This document shows positions 22,501-34,221 of a stretch of DNA of 64,000 nt, piece by piece. A program made the translations under genes and the position numbers. The stretch's first letter is position 1; every line of letters starts with the position of its first letter. The notes beneath the pieces were generated by a model, which worked only from the letters and a program-made list of their open reading frames with translations, searched no databases and was not told where the DNA came from. The stretch covers positions 23,869,899 through 23,933,898 of the forward strand of contig OZ316891.1 of the NCBI GenBank assembly GCA_973895155.1, in the 5' to 3' direction. The DNA is from Marsupella aquatica (Eukaryota > Plantae > Marchantiophyta).

Positions 22501-24256
22501 GGCCAGCTTCAAGGCCGACCTAAGGGAGAAGGACGAGATGCTCGAACAGACTTACGCCAAGATGAACCAGATGGAGTCTGTCATCATTGCAGAGCTCGAC
22601 AAGGAGCTAAGAGCAACCCAGGAGGAGAGGGCTACCTTGAAGAAGGAATTGGAGGAAGCCCACAGGGAGCAGGAGGAGGCCAAAAACGAGCTGGAGGGGG
22701 CACGTAAGGACCTGGATGAAACCCAAGAGGAGTTGGAGGAAATCACGAGGAAGATGGAGAACCTACAGCGGCGGGCCGACAACCAAACAGAGCGGCTGAA
22801 GAAACAAGCCGCAGTATTTAAATGCTTAGCTGCAGCAGGTCCATCTCCCGTTGGGACAAACCAGTTACCAGGGGTGGTAATTGCCGAAGGACAAGCCGCG
22901 CCAACTGCACCAGTGCCGGAAGTAAGTGGGAAGGGGAAGGGACCAGCTGCCGAGCCACCAACGAAGAAGAAGCGGAAACCTTCAGGGTCAAGGAGTAATA
23001 CGACTTCACAGGCCGTGGTGATCAAGGAGGTAGACCCAGCACCGACCCCAGACAGGGTCACGGCTAAGGATCCAACTACCCTAGGGGAAGGGGAGGCCGA
23101 AGCCGTGGGGTTGGCTGAGGCCGAAGCCGTGGGGTTGGCTGAAGCCGAAGCCGTGGGGGTGGCTGAAGCCGAAGCCGTGGGAGTTGTCGAGGCTGAAGCC
23201 GAAGGTGGACCCAGTCAGGCCGATGGAGAGTTGACTCGGTCAAGGGCAGGTAATCTGTTAGTAGGCGGGCCAACGGCAGTGGCTGAGGAGGAAGTGTTGG
23301 GGGCGTCCATTGAGGATCCACCACCGGTGTCGTGACGGTGCAAGGGCACCGTTCCTTTTAGGGAGGGCGGACGTGGAGGGAGGAGGCGTGAGTGGGCAGG
23401 GCGGGCACGGATCTCCACGTTTAGGATTAGGATCAGAACCAGGAGCGGCCCTGACACTTAGCTTAGTGGGATTGCGGTCCCACTGGTAGGAGCAACACTT
23501 GTGCTCCTGCCTTGCTGTACATAGGTAGATTCGGGCAAGTAGATTACTGTTAAGTAGATTAGGCTTACGATGCAAAGAATGGCGGATCCACTACCAGGAT
23601 AAGTACCTGGGCAGCGGGGAGCTCAGGGCCTCTTCTTTAGCAAGTTTTTAGTTTGCACCAGCCGGGCTGGGATCAAGTAGTACGAGAAGCTCTCGGTTAG
23701 TCATACAGTGACCCTTGTGTATATTCATGTTTCCTCATGCCTAAGAGCTGAATAGAGTTGGCCTCACGGCTTAGTTCGCAGAACTTGTGTATGAGATGTA
23801 CTGTTTGTATGGCAAGTGCATGGTATGACTCAGTCAGAATGAGTCATTTTGCTATTTGTGTGTCGCATTAACTTGTGTGAAGAGTGCCCACATCAACAGA
23901 AGGAAGGAAAGTAAGCAGGGGAGTGAGAGTTGGATGTGTCGAGCTGAGAGAGGTCTTAGCGGCTTAACCAAGCCTATTGGGGATCATTCCGGCGGCGGAA
24001 TCCAAACATACCTAACAAGACGGAGGGGAAGACAGGGGAAGACAGGGGAAGGCCTATATTAGGCCGGCTACGTATCTCATGACCCGATGAAGGATCTGTC
24101 CAGTATATGTGTGTAAAATGTTAATAGTAGTAGTAGAAGGTTAGCAGCGTCCCATGCCGCTAAGCCGCGGAAACGGCCTCGCCAAGCACGAAACCTGCGG
24201 GACTCGGCTTGAGCTGGGGGGTTTCTTGGGTTTAGGGAGCCATGGGACGCACCACA
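19585..24256 (+). repeat. LTR3 (3' LTR) of family A, 4672 bp
   Basis: Starts TGTGATGCC after the PPT and ends ACCACA. Followed by unrelated integrase sequence CGGGA (candidate TSD) instead of a PBS. Confidence 0.9.
19700..23335 (+). CDS. Intact LTR-encoded 1211-aa accessory protein: PMD/ATHILA-ORF-like domain, acidic linker, long coiled coil, basic NLS-like patch, AEAEAVG repeats
   Basis: Uninterrupted ORF. LEFVGSWEPETNC..YGKDFYLTPKVIAEVFGLPIG resembles the W.PET / I...LGLP..G signature of plant mobile domain and plant transposon ORFs. Contains PTKKKRKP. Confidence 0.8.
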   Translation: MEPGQRPEVRLRVKTQLGLGRVKRRRLGRINGKKDRQRRGVRSACRRWWLICEHELGRRLREANYCQLLRQALGERVDTDDRPKEGMSNVNQAAHFWGCLFERATEYIKTYEDEESERAARERQELARLWELQKTAFLGGKLIKDEFLWTPTSNQLDDLLFCKDSVIGIREAIKNCNDIHWELKGSTERWTQATVLGETSTAVEMKRKGAVNDEATPAKRTRSAAPKRPAEQQSRRQGEAKEEEVDPIKAIPTRDDTWKGWAATLPVEVQLHFAREEDACFTAMQTKKYQGFMAGSGLEAFVRLPWLKPEVPESDLLEFVGSWEPETNCTRIYGKDFYLTPKVIAEVFGLPIGNKTKVDTRKTLPDKEFWSFPGPSTKNGFFRNTCTNPHIGEMIDFLRVTMHCNLPMAEIGKAQVYLAERPDPSRDYNGYLLNQLKKILKEEQQVIGMGSVSRLGYHMPLLCRYARGQTFAPVLPLQVRAPEEAPTPRPLAEKPQPPVSPTIEQVFRPRKEDLPMQQPGMQSLLKLLEKEKKSASATTTATATMQDTTTEVGLHRLTRENPFAGDKERIRPESKPGVRMYVGTSSSESEAELPEAPTDEEEREKPDVQEVEEAVEDCSHDNSGYGLDHHVPGVRTCGRFVPTLPRVVRGDPNQQSSPESPPPDVAPPSFDGIKQTVQEFPERIKQEEEAALAKEKDLPGGDWPEDIRRLAEKGSKPLATIEEIHRTAWEQRPRWAMPITSTYSTYAKNRAMEYGEMCGELALGIFGEELEVGPFFHREQLEKHQLEEAVALERSKKDEVIRRLRRMEAEIEDLRAAKKAQDELRIKRHELNIMQGQLDTAQADNQNIKDKLTQTQGELADTIKEREKWKQELKNTEEAHITANSRAMAETQRKEWALKGELEKIRGALEQKEVELGKSYQGIMALQQELASLTASFKADLREKDEMLEQTYAKMNQMESVIIAELDKELRATQEERATLKKELEEAHREQEEAKNELEGARKDLDETQEELEEITRKMENLQRRADNQTERLKKQAAVFKCLAAAGPSPVGTNQLPGVVIAEGQAAPTAPVPEVSGKGKGPAAEPPTKKKRKPSGSRSNTTSQAVVIKEVDPAPTPDRVTAKDPTTLGEGEAEAVGLAEAEAVGLAEAEAVGVAEAEAVGVVEAEAEGGPSQADGELTRSRAGNLLVGGPTAVAEEEVLGASIEDPPPVS

Positions 24257-25340
24257 CGGGATACTGGTGGCCTATGTTGCATCGGGATGTACAACGCTTC
24301 ATCAAAGGCTGTGACCTTTGTCAGCGGGCTGGGGCCCCGAGACGAGCTCATCATCACCCTCTCACGTCCGTGCTTCCATTAGCACCATTCGAAAAGTGGG
24401 GTATTGATTATATCGGGCCGTTTACTCCCGTTACCCAAAGGCGAAGATGCAGGTACATCTTGCTAGCTATAGATTACTCCACAAGTGGGTAGAAGCACGG
24501 GCTATGGTGAAGGACGACGCCACAACCAGCGCCAGGTTCTTATATGAACAGATTTTCACCCGGTTTGGACCGCCCTTAGAGTTGGTAAGCGACCGTGGAA
24601 CACACTTCCTCAATGACACTGTAGCCCAGCTTACGGATCGTTACCTAGTCAAGCACCGCAAGACTACCCCGTATCATCCTAAAGCCAACGGGATGGTAGA
24701 GAGAGCCAATGGTATCATTGGGAAGATCCTCAACAAAACTGTAGCTGCGCACAAAATGGATTGGGATGATAAGTTGTACGCGGCGGTGTACTTGTATAAT
24801 CTAGCTTACAAAACTATTACGAGTCACAGCCCGTACTTTCTCATGTTCGGCCAACATTTGTTGGTACCCATCGAGTTTGAACTACACACTCCACGGGTCA
24901 GCATTTGGGAGCGCTTACCTGAATCTGAAAGTTCGTCAGACCAAGCTTATCAGATTGAAGCCTTAGAAGAGACACGGCTACTAGCAGCTCGACATGCCGT
25001 AATGAAGCAAGCAACTTCCAAGAAACAACACGACAAAGGACTACGGAAGGTCGACGTCGTGACAGGCAATCTAGTCCTTCTGTATGATAGTAGGTACATG
25101 CAGTTTCCAGGGAAGCTTCATACCCGTTGGTTAGGGCCCTTCCTAGTCAATCAGATCTACCCTAACGGATCTTTGGAGCTTGCAACGTACGCCAGCGATT
25201 TACTCCCCACGCGAGTCAGTTACGATCGTGTAAAGAGGTACCACCATCAAGACGATGACGCCAAGAGTGATGTTTGCAAGGACGCTTCACAATTAAGCAG
25301 GGAGCTATGTGATGCCGCCGGTACGGCAAGTAATGAGTAA
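24257..25340 (+). pseudogene. pol: Integrase 3' part of related gypsy family B (frameshift near 24478), interrupted by family A at the GYWWP motif
   Basis: GYWWP, CDLCQ, WGIDYIGP, SDRGTHF, ERANG, WLGPF. Clearly homologous to but diverged from family A. Confidence 0.9.
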
Positions 25341-28300
25341 TTTAGTCTAAACTGTGCTTAGCACGCACGTTAGGGGTATCTTAAGCTGCTATGATTAGCA
25401 TAACAACAATATTTAGGTAGCCATTATGAGTAGGAAATCATTAGTCAATAAGGGGAATTCATGTTTCGGCTGGCGGCGCATCGCCATTCGCACGCCCAGG
25501 TTACGAACGTTGAGGGGCCCCTCCCTCCGGTCCGTATAACAAACTTCGGGAGGCATCCACTGACACGCGGTGACTCAGACTGGCGGAGTGGCCGGTACAC
25601 TACAAGCGTGAATGGTTCAGCCTATAGGCAGCGAGGAGATATCGGGGGAGCGACAAGCCCTCAAGGTATAAAAAGGGAGCCGACTCTTTGTAGTGCACTA
25701 GTCCATCAGTGCGCGCGCCAGCTTTGACCCCAGCTCTCTCGTTCACTCTTACTTGCCACTACTATCTCCTCTGAATGTCGCACATGATCCTCTCTAGTTT
25801 GGCCATTCGATTCTGGACGTAGTTCCTATCTACCGGAAGACACTTGGCCGACTCGTTAAAACACGCCAACCCGCGCCGATACAAAATCAAACGCGAGTAT
25901 GAGAGAGCCATCCGCCTAGAAGGATGACACCGCTATATCCTTAACTTTGACTACCCATCTCAGAGCGAGCTCTACCGACCAGCAGAGGTATCTGGGTACT
26001 TCTTCAACGGAGACAAATATATCAGTTTCTGGGAAGCATTGCTTTGGCTCCCGAATGAGGTCTTCAATATCCCGGGTACGATCGACTTGCAACGACATCA
26101 CTTCGACCACATCCCTGCTCAGGTTCAGGCTATCATCAACAGCGAGTCCAGTACTAACCGTTCGACAAGGTCGTCCGCACTTGCTTCGGAGAACTTCTAC
26201 CAGCACCTGCAGAGCTTCATGGGAACTCGACCATCAACCAACATGACCAACTCAGTCAAACCCGTACCCGTACCCGTACCCATGCAACCTCAGGCTCAAC
26301 CTCAGGCTCAGCTTCAGCTTCAGCCTCAGCCGTAGCCTAGCCAAACCCCACCACCGATTGCCCAGCCAGCACAAATACGCTCCGTCATCAACGCTGTGGA
26401 TCTTAGCGATGACGACGAGGCTACCCCACCCTTGACCAGGCGGCCCAGAGGAACAAGCGCTCAGGGGACTGCTATATCCTTAACTTTGACTACCCATCTC
26501 AGAGCGAGCTCTACCGACCAGCAGAGGTATCTGGGTACTTCTTCAACGGAGACAAATATATCGGTTTCTGGGAAGCATTGCTTTGGCTCCCGGATGAGGT
26601 CTTCAATATCCCGGGTACGATCGACTTGCAACAACATCACTTCGACCACATCCCTGCTCAGGTTCAGGCTATCATCAACTGCGAGTCCAGTGCTACCCGT
26701 CTGACAAGGACATCTGCACTTGCTTCGGAGAACTTCTGCCAACACCTGAAAAGCTTCATGGGAACTAGACCCTCAACCGCCGGCGCCGGCCCAGTCGACC
26801 CCATACCCGTACCCGCACCAACTTAGGCTCAGCCTCAACCTCAACCTCAGCCTCACCCTAGCCAAACCCAACCGCCGATTGCCCCGCCAGTACAAGTATG
26901 CTCCGTCATCGACGCTGTGGACCTTAGCGACGATGACAAGGCTACCCCACCCTTGCTCAGGCAGCCCAGAAGAGCAAACACTCAAGGGGCCGACACTATA
27001 TCGTCCCCTCCCCATGCTCGGATCCAAGGAGCGGCTCCAGCAAACAACACGGTGACCGTGGCCGCCACGGGCCCATTACTAACGGCGGTGGTACTACCTT
27101 TGCCCGATAGAGAGGATGGGGAGGTGTCACCCTCCCCGAGCCAGTCACAAGGGAAGAAGAGGAAGGAACCCACCACTGTATCCGGGTTACCATTGGCCAC
27201 GGTAGCCGTGGCCAAGGTGACAATGCACCGCATGGGGGAAAACATGCATAAAAACATCCTCCATTCCAAGCATGCGGTGTACCTGAAGACTCAAGGATTC
27301 GAGCACCTCGCCTCTCTCCCCTGGAACACTTGCAGGTACTACAAGGAGGACATGACGGAATTCATCAAGAATTATGATGACGCACGTCAACAAACTTGGC
27401 TGCGGGGAAGGAATATGTCCCTCATGGAAGAACGGCTCAAGATGATCTTCGGGTTACCCGAAGGGGACCACCAAGTCGAATCACGGGCCCCCGGGGGCAA
27501 GGGAGCCAAGTACCAATCCTAGAGTTTTCCCTCAGAGGGAGCAGTGGACAATGGGTTTGTGATGAGGACCTGCCTCATCCCCGAGATAGCTGAGCGACTG
27601 GAGTTCCAAAGGTACGCCCTCCACATGATGGAACCCCGGGGGGAGATCTCTGCCGCCCAGGTTATCCAGGTCGAGAACTATCGACCTAGGAAGTGGGCGT
27701 CGTACTTCGTTAAGAAATTCCATGAAGAGATGGAGCGGCAAAGGAAGACGCTGTACATTGGAGGGAAGGCGTATTTTGCTAGCCACATCGAGATCATTCT
27801 TGAGTGGTACACTCGGTTTGATCAACAAACCCTTCCCCGTGTCAACGTTACAAGGCTGGTCCCAACTAGGTGGGTTTTCCCGGCCTTGGAGAGACGGCCC
27901 CAACCTGAGGCCCAAAGTCCAGTGGACACGCAGGCTTCACCCACCCCACCCCCACAAGTAGCTGTAGTCGTGACCGAGGAGGTACCGGGTGGGTCGGTTA
28001 TCGTAACCATCGATGCGATCCAATAGGCCGGGCTAGGTACAGAAGTCGGTACAGCGGAGATCTTACTCGAGCCCGGGCCCCCCAATGACCCGCCGGTGGC
28101 TATTCCGGAGAACCAGACATCACAGTAGCAGGACACTCCAGCCCTTTCCAACACGTCCCCAGGGCTGGATGTCACTGCCTTGGCCCCCGCGCGTGTTGAC
28201 GTCTGCCCATGCCCAACTCCGGAGAGGCACAACCTGGACCACCCGGAACTCTTTGTACCGGGTACCTTTCTGAATGGGCTTCTGGGAGATTTTTCTCATC

Positions 28301-29718
28301 AAATTGCCCGGGATACCGGGGAGTTCATGGCCCGGAAGGTCGCCTGTTTCTTCAATCGGAGTTGGTTGCCGCAATAAAAGCAGGTCGGGCCCAGTCATAA
28401 GCCCTTCAAAGGATAGAGCGATACCGGGAGGAGTCCGTATACTTAAAGAACGAGGTTGCGGCTCAAGAGGCTGAGCTTCTGCAACTACGACCCAAAGTTG
28501 CAGCCGCCGATAAGTCATTAGCAAAGGCGCACGCCCTTACCGCCCTAGCCGAGTAGGCCAAAGCTGGGAACAAGGCCGAGATTTCACGGCTCCGATCCCA
28601 GATTGACAGTTTGAAGAATCAAACTGTCATCTGGCAGAAAGACTTGGAGGAGGCCGAAGAACGGGCCCAACGGGACACTGCGGAGATAGCCACGCTACAA
28701 GCCGAAGTAGCGCGGCTTCAGACCAAAGCCGAGAAGCAGGACCAGGTGGTGGGCAAGCTGACGAGCAATGCCCAGCAGCTAGAAGAGGCATGCCAGGAGG
28801 CAGCGGAGGAGACGGACGCGGCAAAGTGAGAGAACGAATCTCTGCTAGACCAAGCCGAGCTCCTCAAGTCAGACAACGCCAGACTGTGCAAGCAGCGGGA
28901 TGACCGTTCCCACTCGGACGGCTTTGGCAAGCGTGCCAGACATTAGCGGCAAAGTTTTTTGGCCTGACAGTCAGCTTAGTTAGGACCTTAGTCAGCGAAT
29001 CTTCGGGCGGGAGGACACTCTGTTCCTCGGCCCTTAGTATATAGTGCACCCCTCGGTAGAAGCCAGGGGGGTTTTTAGTCTCAGAGTTGGACATCCGTGG
29101 TATATGCGGGGAGTCCCGACCTCTGGGAGTGAAAGAGTACCAAGGGGAGGGGGGTAGAACTAAGCTTGTCGGGCGAGTGCGGAGCCAGGCTCCGTTGTAG
29201 TGTACACCCTCGGCCTTGAACCTGTTCATTCCGGAGCTGTCGGGTCAACCAAGTGTACACTTATGTCCCCTATGTAGTAAAATCCTTTCCCATTATTTCC
29301 TTCGTGTAAATCGAGATTGTATGCTTGTGTGCGTGTATGCGTGTATGAATCTCGTGTATAGGTGACAACGTCGGGCCGAACGCACTACTCAAGTCGTGCA
29401 CGAGGTGCAGCTTGCGGGTATGTGGTTGTGAGCACGGGTTGAGGACCTGTATCATTGAATCCGGATCGAAGGCGGACAACACGAAGGTTTAGAAGTCCTT
29501 AGGCCGGGGTCGATCCTGCTATCGACTAAGGTACATTCCGGCGGCGGAACACAAACCATACCTAGGAGGTGTCCGTATCTAACAGTATGCGCACTTAGCG
29601 CTAGTTTACGTGAATTAGGTGCATTACGTTCTTCCCTCCCTGCCCACCCTCATATTTATGAAGGATGTGCCCGTTTAAAGCTGAAACCCGAGTTAAGGCC
29701 AAGGCTGATGACGTGACA
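25308..29718 (+). repeat. 3' LTR of family B (4411 bp, with internal 539-bp duplication) carrying decayed accessory ORF
   Basis: TGTGATGCC after PPT AAGCAGGGAG, ends GACGTGACA. Collinear with 29990-33942. Confidence 0.85.
25932..26990 (+). repeat. Diverged tandem duplication (offset 539 bp) inside family B LTR
   Basis: GCTATATCCTTAACTTTGACTACC starts at 25932 and 26471. Single copy in the solo LTR. Confidence 0.85.
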
Positions 29719-29989
29719 GCTCCTCCTCTCCTGATTTCTCTATTCAACCATTTGCTGCGTGGATAGCAGCGTTGGAAGCGGCTTGAGCTCCTCTTTCCAA
29801 CGAGGTCAATTATAGCCGATTTGGTCAAATACACAGAAAGTTATGCCCCCGTAATCGAGAGGGGGTACTCACTGCTATGCTAACCCGAGTTACATAGCTA
29901 ACCCGAGTTTGGCTAACCTAGCTATCCTATCTAACCCGAGTAGAGCTAACCCGTGATCTCGGGTTAGGCCGCTACCCGCTTTCCGCTAA

Positions 29990-32900
29990 TGTGACGCCAC
30001 CGGTACGGCAAGTAATGAGTAATTAGTCTAGACCGCGCTTAGCACGCGCGTTAGGGGTATCTTAGGCCGCTATTATTAGCATAACGATAGTATTTAGGTA
30101 ACCATTATGAGTAGGAAATCATTAGTCAATAAGGGGAATTCACGTTTGGACTGGTGGCGTGTTGCCACTCGCACGCCCGGGTTGCGAGCGTGCAAAGGCC
30201 TCTCCCTCAGGTCCGTATAACAAACTTAGGAAAGCGGCCACTGACACGCGCTGATTCAGACCGGCGGAGTGGCCGGTACACTACAAGCGTGAACGGTTCA
30301 GCCTATAGGCAACGAGGAGACGTTGGGCGATCGACAAGCCCTCAAGGTATAAAAAGGGAGCCGACCCTTTGTAGTGCACCAGTCCATCAGTCCACGCGCC
30401 AGCTTCGACCCCAGCTCTGACGTTCTCTCTTAGTTGCCACTGCTATCTCCTTTGAATGTCGCACACGATTCTCTCCAGTTCGGCCATTCGATTCTGGACT
30501 CAGTTCCTATCTATCAAAAGACATTTGGCTGACTCATTGAAACACGCCAACCCGCGCCGATACAAAATTGAACGCGAGTACAAGAGAGCCATTCGCCTAG
30601 CAGGGCGACACCACTATATCCTTAACTTTGACTACCCGTCTTAGAGCAAGCTCTACCGTCCATCAGAGGTATCTAGGTACTTCTTCAATGGAGACAAATA
30701 TATCGGTTTCTGGGAAGCATTGCTTCGGCTCCCGGATGAGGTCTTCGATATCTCGGGTACGATCAACTTGCAACGACATCACTTTGATCACATCCCTGCT
30801 CAGGTTTGGGCTATCATCAACAGCGAGTCCAGCACTACCCGTTCAACAAGGCCATCTACACTTGCTTCGGAGAACTTCTACCAGCACCTGCAGAGCTTCA
30901 TGGGAACTAGACCCTCAACCGTCGGCGCCGGCCCAGTCGACCCCATACTCATACCCGCACCAATGCAGACTCAGCCTCAGCTTCAGCTTCAGCCTCAGCC
31001 TCAGCCTAGCCAACCCCCACCGCCGATCGCCCCGCCAGTACAAGTATGCTCCGTCATCAACGCTGTGGACCTTAGCGACGACGATGAGGCTACCCCACCC
31101 TTGCTCAGGCGGCCCAGAGGAGCAAACACTCAGGGGGCCGACACTACATTGTCCCCTCCCAATGCTCGGACCCAAGGAGCGGCTCCAGCAGACAAAACAG
31201 TGACCATGGCCGCCTCGGGCCCAATACTAACGGTGGTAGCACTACCTATGCCCGATCAAGAGGATGGGGAGGTGTCACCCTCCCTGAGCTAGTCACGGGG
31301 GAAGAAGAGGAAGGAACCCGCCGCTGCATCCGGGTTACCATTGGCCACGGTAGCCGCGGCCAAGGTGACAATGCACCAAATGGGGGAAAATGTGCATAAA
31401 AACATCCTCCATCCCAAGCATGCAATGTACCTTAAGACTCAGGGATTTGAGCACCTCGCTTCTCTCCCCTGGAACACTTGCAGGTACTACGGGGAGGACA
31501 TGACGGAATTCGTCAAGAATTATGATGACGCACGTCAACATACTTGGCTGTGGGGAAGGAATATGTCCCTCGCGGAAGAACGGCTCAAGATGATCTTCGG
31601 GTTACCCGAAGGTGACCACCAAAACAAAGCACGGGCTCCCGGAGGCAAGGGAGCCAAGTACCAATCCTTGAGTTTTCCCTCCGAGGGAGCAATGGACAAC
31701 GGGTTCGTGATGAGGACCTGCCTCATCCCCAAGATAGCTGAACAATTGGAGTTCCAAAGATACGCCCTCCACATGATGAAACCCCAAAGGGCAGATCTCC
31801 GCTGCCCAGGTTATCCAGGTCGAGAACTATCGACCTAGGAAGTGGGCGTTGTACTTTGCTAAGAAATTCCATGAAGAGATGGAGCGGCGAAGAAATATGC
31901 TATACATTGGCGGGAAGGCGTATTTTGCTAGCCACATCAAGATCATTCTTGAGTGGTACGCTCGGTTTGATCGACAAACCCTTCCCCGTGTCAACGTTAC
32001 AAAGCTGGTCCCAGCTAGGTGGGTTTTCCCGGCCTTGGAGAGACGGCCCCAACCCAAGGCCCGAAGTCCAGCGGACATGCAGGCTTCACCCACCCCACCT
32101 CCACAAGTAGCTGTAGTTGTGACCAAGGAGGTACCGGATGGGTCGGTAATCGCAACTATAGATGCGATCCAACAGGCCGGGCCAAGTATAGAAGTCGGTA
32201 CAACGGAGGCCTTACTCGAGCCCGGGTCTCCCAAAGACCCACCGGTGGCTATTTCGGAGAACCGGACATTGTTGCAGGAGGACACTCCAACCCCTTCCAA
32301 CACTACGTCCCCAGGGTTGGATGTCACCGCCCCGGCCCCCGCGCGTGTTGATGTCTGCCCATGCCCAACTCCGGACAGGCACAACCTGGACCACCTGGAA
32401 CTCTTCGTACCGGGCACATTTCTGAACGGGCTTCTCCCGGAAGGTAGCCTGTTTCTTCAATCAAGAGTTGGTTGTCGTAGTAAAGGCAGGTCGGGCCCAG
32501 TCAGAGGCCCTTCAGAGGATAGATCGGTACCGGGTGGAGTCCATATACTTAAAGAACAAAGTTGCAGCTCAAGAGGCTGAGCTTCTGCAACTACGACCCA
32601 AAGTTGCAGCCGCCAATGAGTTGTTAGCGAAGGCGCATGACCTTACTGCCCTAGCCAAACAGGCCAAAGCTGGGAACGAAGCCAAGATTGCACGACTCCG
32701 GACCCAGATTGACAGTTTGAAGAATCAAACTGTCATCTGGCAGAAAGACCTGGAGGAGGCCGAAGAACGGGCCCAGGGGGACACTATGGAGATAGCCACG
32801 CTACAGGCCAAAGTGGCGCGGCTCCAAACCGAAGCCAAAAAGCAGGACCAGCTGGCGGGCAAGCTAACGAGCGACGCCCAGCAGCTGGAGGAGGCATGCC

Positions 32901-33942
32901 AGGAGGCAGCGGAGGAGACGGACACGGCAAAGCGAGAGAACAAATCTCTGCTAGACCAGTTCCAGCTCCTCAAGGCGAACAACGACAGACTTCGTAAGCA
33001 GCGGGATGACCGCTCCCACTCGGGCGGCTCTGGCAAGCGTGCCAGGCATTAGCGGCGTAGTAGGAATAGAATAGGGTTAGGAATATCTAAATCAGGCTAT
33101 GGGGACAGGAACCTGCCCTAGTTAGAGCAGCACCGCCATGCTGTCCAGCCTATGTAGGTTAGGATCTTCTAATAAGACACAGCCATTTTTTGGCCTGACA
33201 GTCAGATTAGTTAAGACCTAAGTCAGCAAATCTTTGGGCGGGAGGACACTCCGTTCCTTGGCCCTTAGTATTTAGTGCACCCCTCGGTAGAGGCAGGGGG
33301 TTTTTAGTCTCAGAGTCGGACATCCGTGGTATGTGCGGGGAGTCCCGACCTCTGGGAATGAAAGAGCACCAAGGGGAGGGGGTAGGACTAAGCTCGTCGG
33401 GCGAGTGCGGAGCCGGGCTCCGTTGTAGTGTACACCCTCGGCCTTGAACCTGTTCATTCTGGAGCTGTCGGCTCAACCAAGTGTACGCATATGTCCCCTG
33501 TGCAGTAAAATCCTTTCCCATTATTTCCTTCGTGTAAATCAAGATTGTATGCTTGTGCACGTGTATGTGAAGCTCGTGTATAGGTGACAACGCCGGGCCG
33601 AACGCACTACCCGAGTCATGCACGGGGTGCCGCTTGCGGGTATGTGGTTGTGAGCACGGGTTGAGGACCTGTATCATTGAATCCGGATCGAGGGCGGACA
33701 GCACGAAGGCTTAGAAGTCCTTAAGCCGGGGTCGATCCTGCTATCGACTAAGGTACGTTCCGGTGGCGGAACACAAACCATACCTAGGAGGTGTCCGTAT
33801 CTCACAGTAGGCGCACTTAGCGCTAGTTTACGTGAATTAGGTGCATTACGTTCTTTCCTCCCTGCCTGAACCCTCATATTTACAAAGGATGTGCCCATTT
33901 AAAGCTGAAGCCCGAGTTAAGGCCAAGGCTGATGACGTGACA
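29990..33942 (+). mobile_element. Solo LTR of family B (3953 bp) with 5-bp TSD GCTAA/ACTAA
   Basis: TGTGACGCCA...TGACGTGACA. GCTAA at 29985-29989, ACTAA at 33943-33947, and GCTAA at the equivalent position in array copies (36659, 39375, 42091). Confidence 0.88.
30456..33052 (+). pseudogene. Decayed LTR-encoded accessory ORF of family B, homologous to the family A LTR ORF
   Basis: Pieces at 30456, 30720 and 31341 are in frame, then frameshifts. GFEHLASLPW / IFGLPEG / DNGF align with family A GLEAFVRLPW / VFGLPIG / KNGF. C-terminal coiled coil. Confidence 0.8.
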
Positions 33943-34221
33943 ACTAACCTAGGCTAAGCTGAGCCCGAACCCGAACTTACCTATGCTAACCCGAGTTCAG
34001 TCTAACCCGGGATCAATCTAATTTGAACCCGGGTTAAGCCTAAGCTGAAGCTGTGCTAACCTGAGCTAAGCTGAAGCCGTGCTTACCTGAGCTAAGCTAA
34101 AGCCGTGCTTACATGAGCTAAGCTGAAGCCGTGCTTACATGAGCTAAGCCGTGGCCGAGCTTAGGTTAACCCGAAACCGAAGCCGAATCCGCTAATTCTG
34201 GCCACAAGTTAACCCGTCACA

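Larger units (their letters stand above)
1..24256 (+). mobile_element. Tandem Ty3/gypsy LTR retrotransposon array (family A): partial LTR1-internal-LTR2-internal-LTR3, unit 10,884 bp
   Basis: ORFs recur at +10,884 (2546/13430, 5446/16330, 7594/18478). Order is gag-PR-RT-RNaseH-INT, with no chromodomain or extra RNase H seen. PBS and PPT flank the shared LTRs. Confidence 0.95.
29719..34221 (-). repeat. Probable LTR fragment of another family (starts TGTGACGGG at 34221), rich in GCTAACCCGAG and ~25-bp GCTAAGCTGAAGCCGTGCTTAC repeats, split by the solo LTR
   Basis: Same short repeats on both sides of the solo LTR (29870-29989 and 33943-34221). TGTGA-type terminus. Confidence 0.5.

Noticed and set aside
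19700-23335. env gene or captured host myosin/SMC gene
   Set aside because: No signal peptide or TM segment is evident. Coiled-coil similarity is compositional.
29870-34221. Telomere-like CTAACCC motifs
   Set aside because: Dispersed within longer repeat units, not a tandem telomeric tract.
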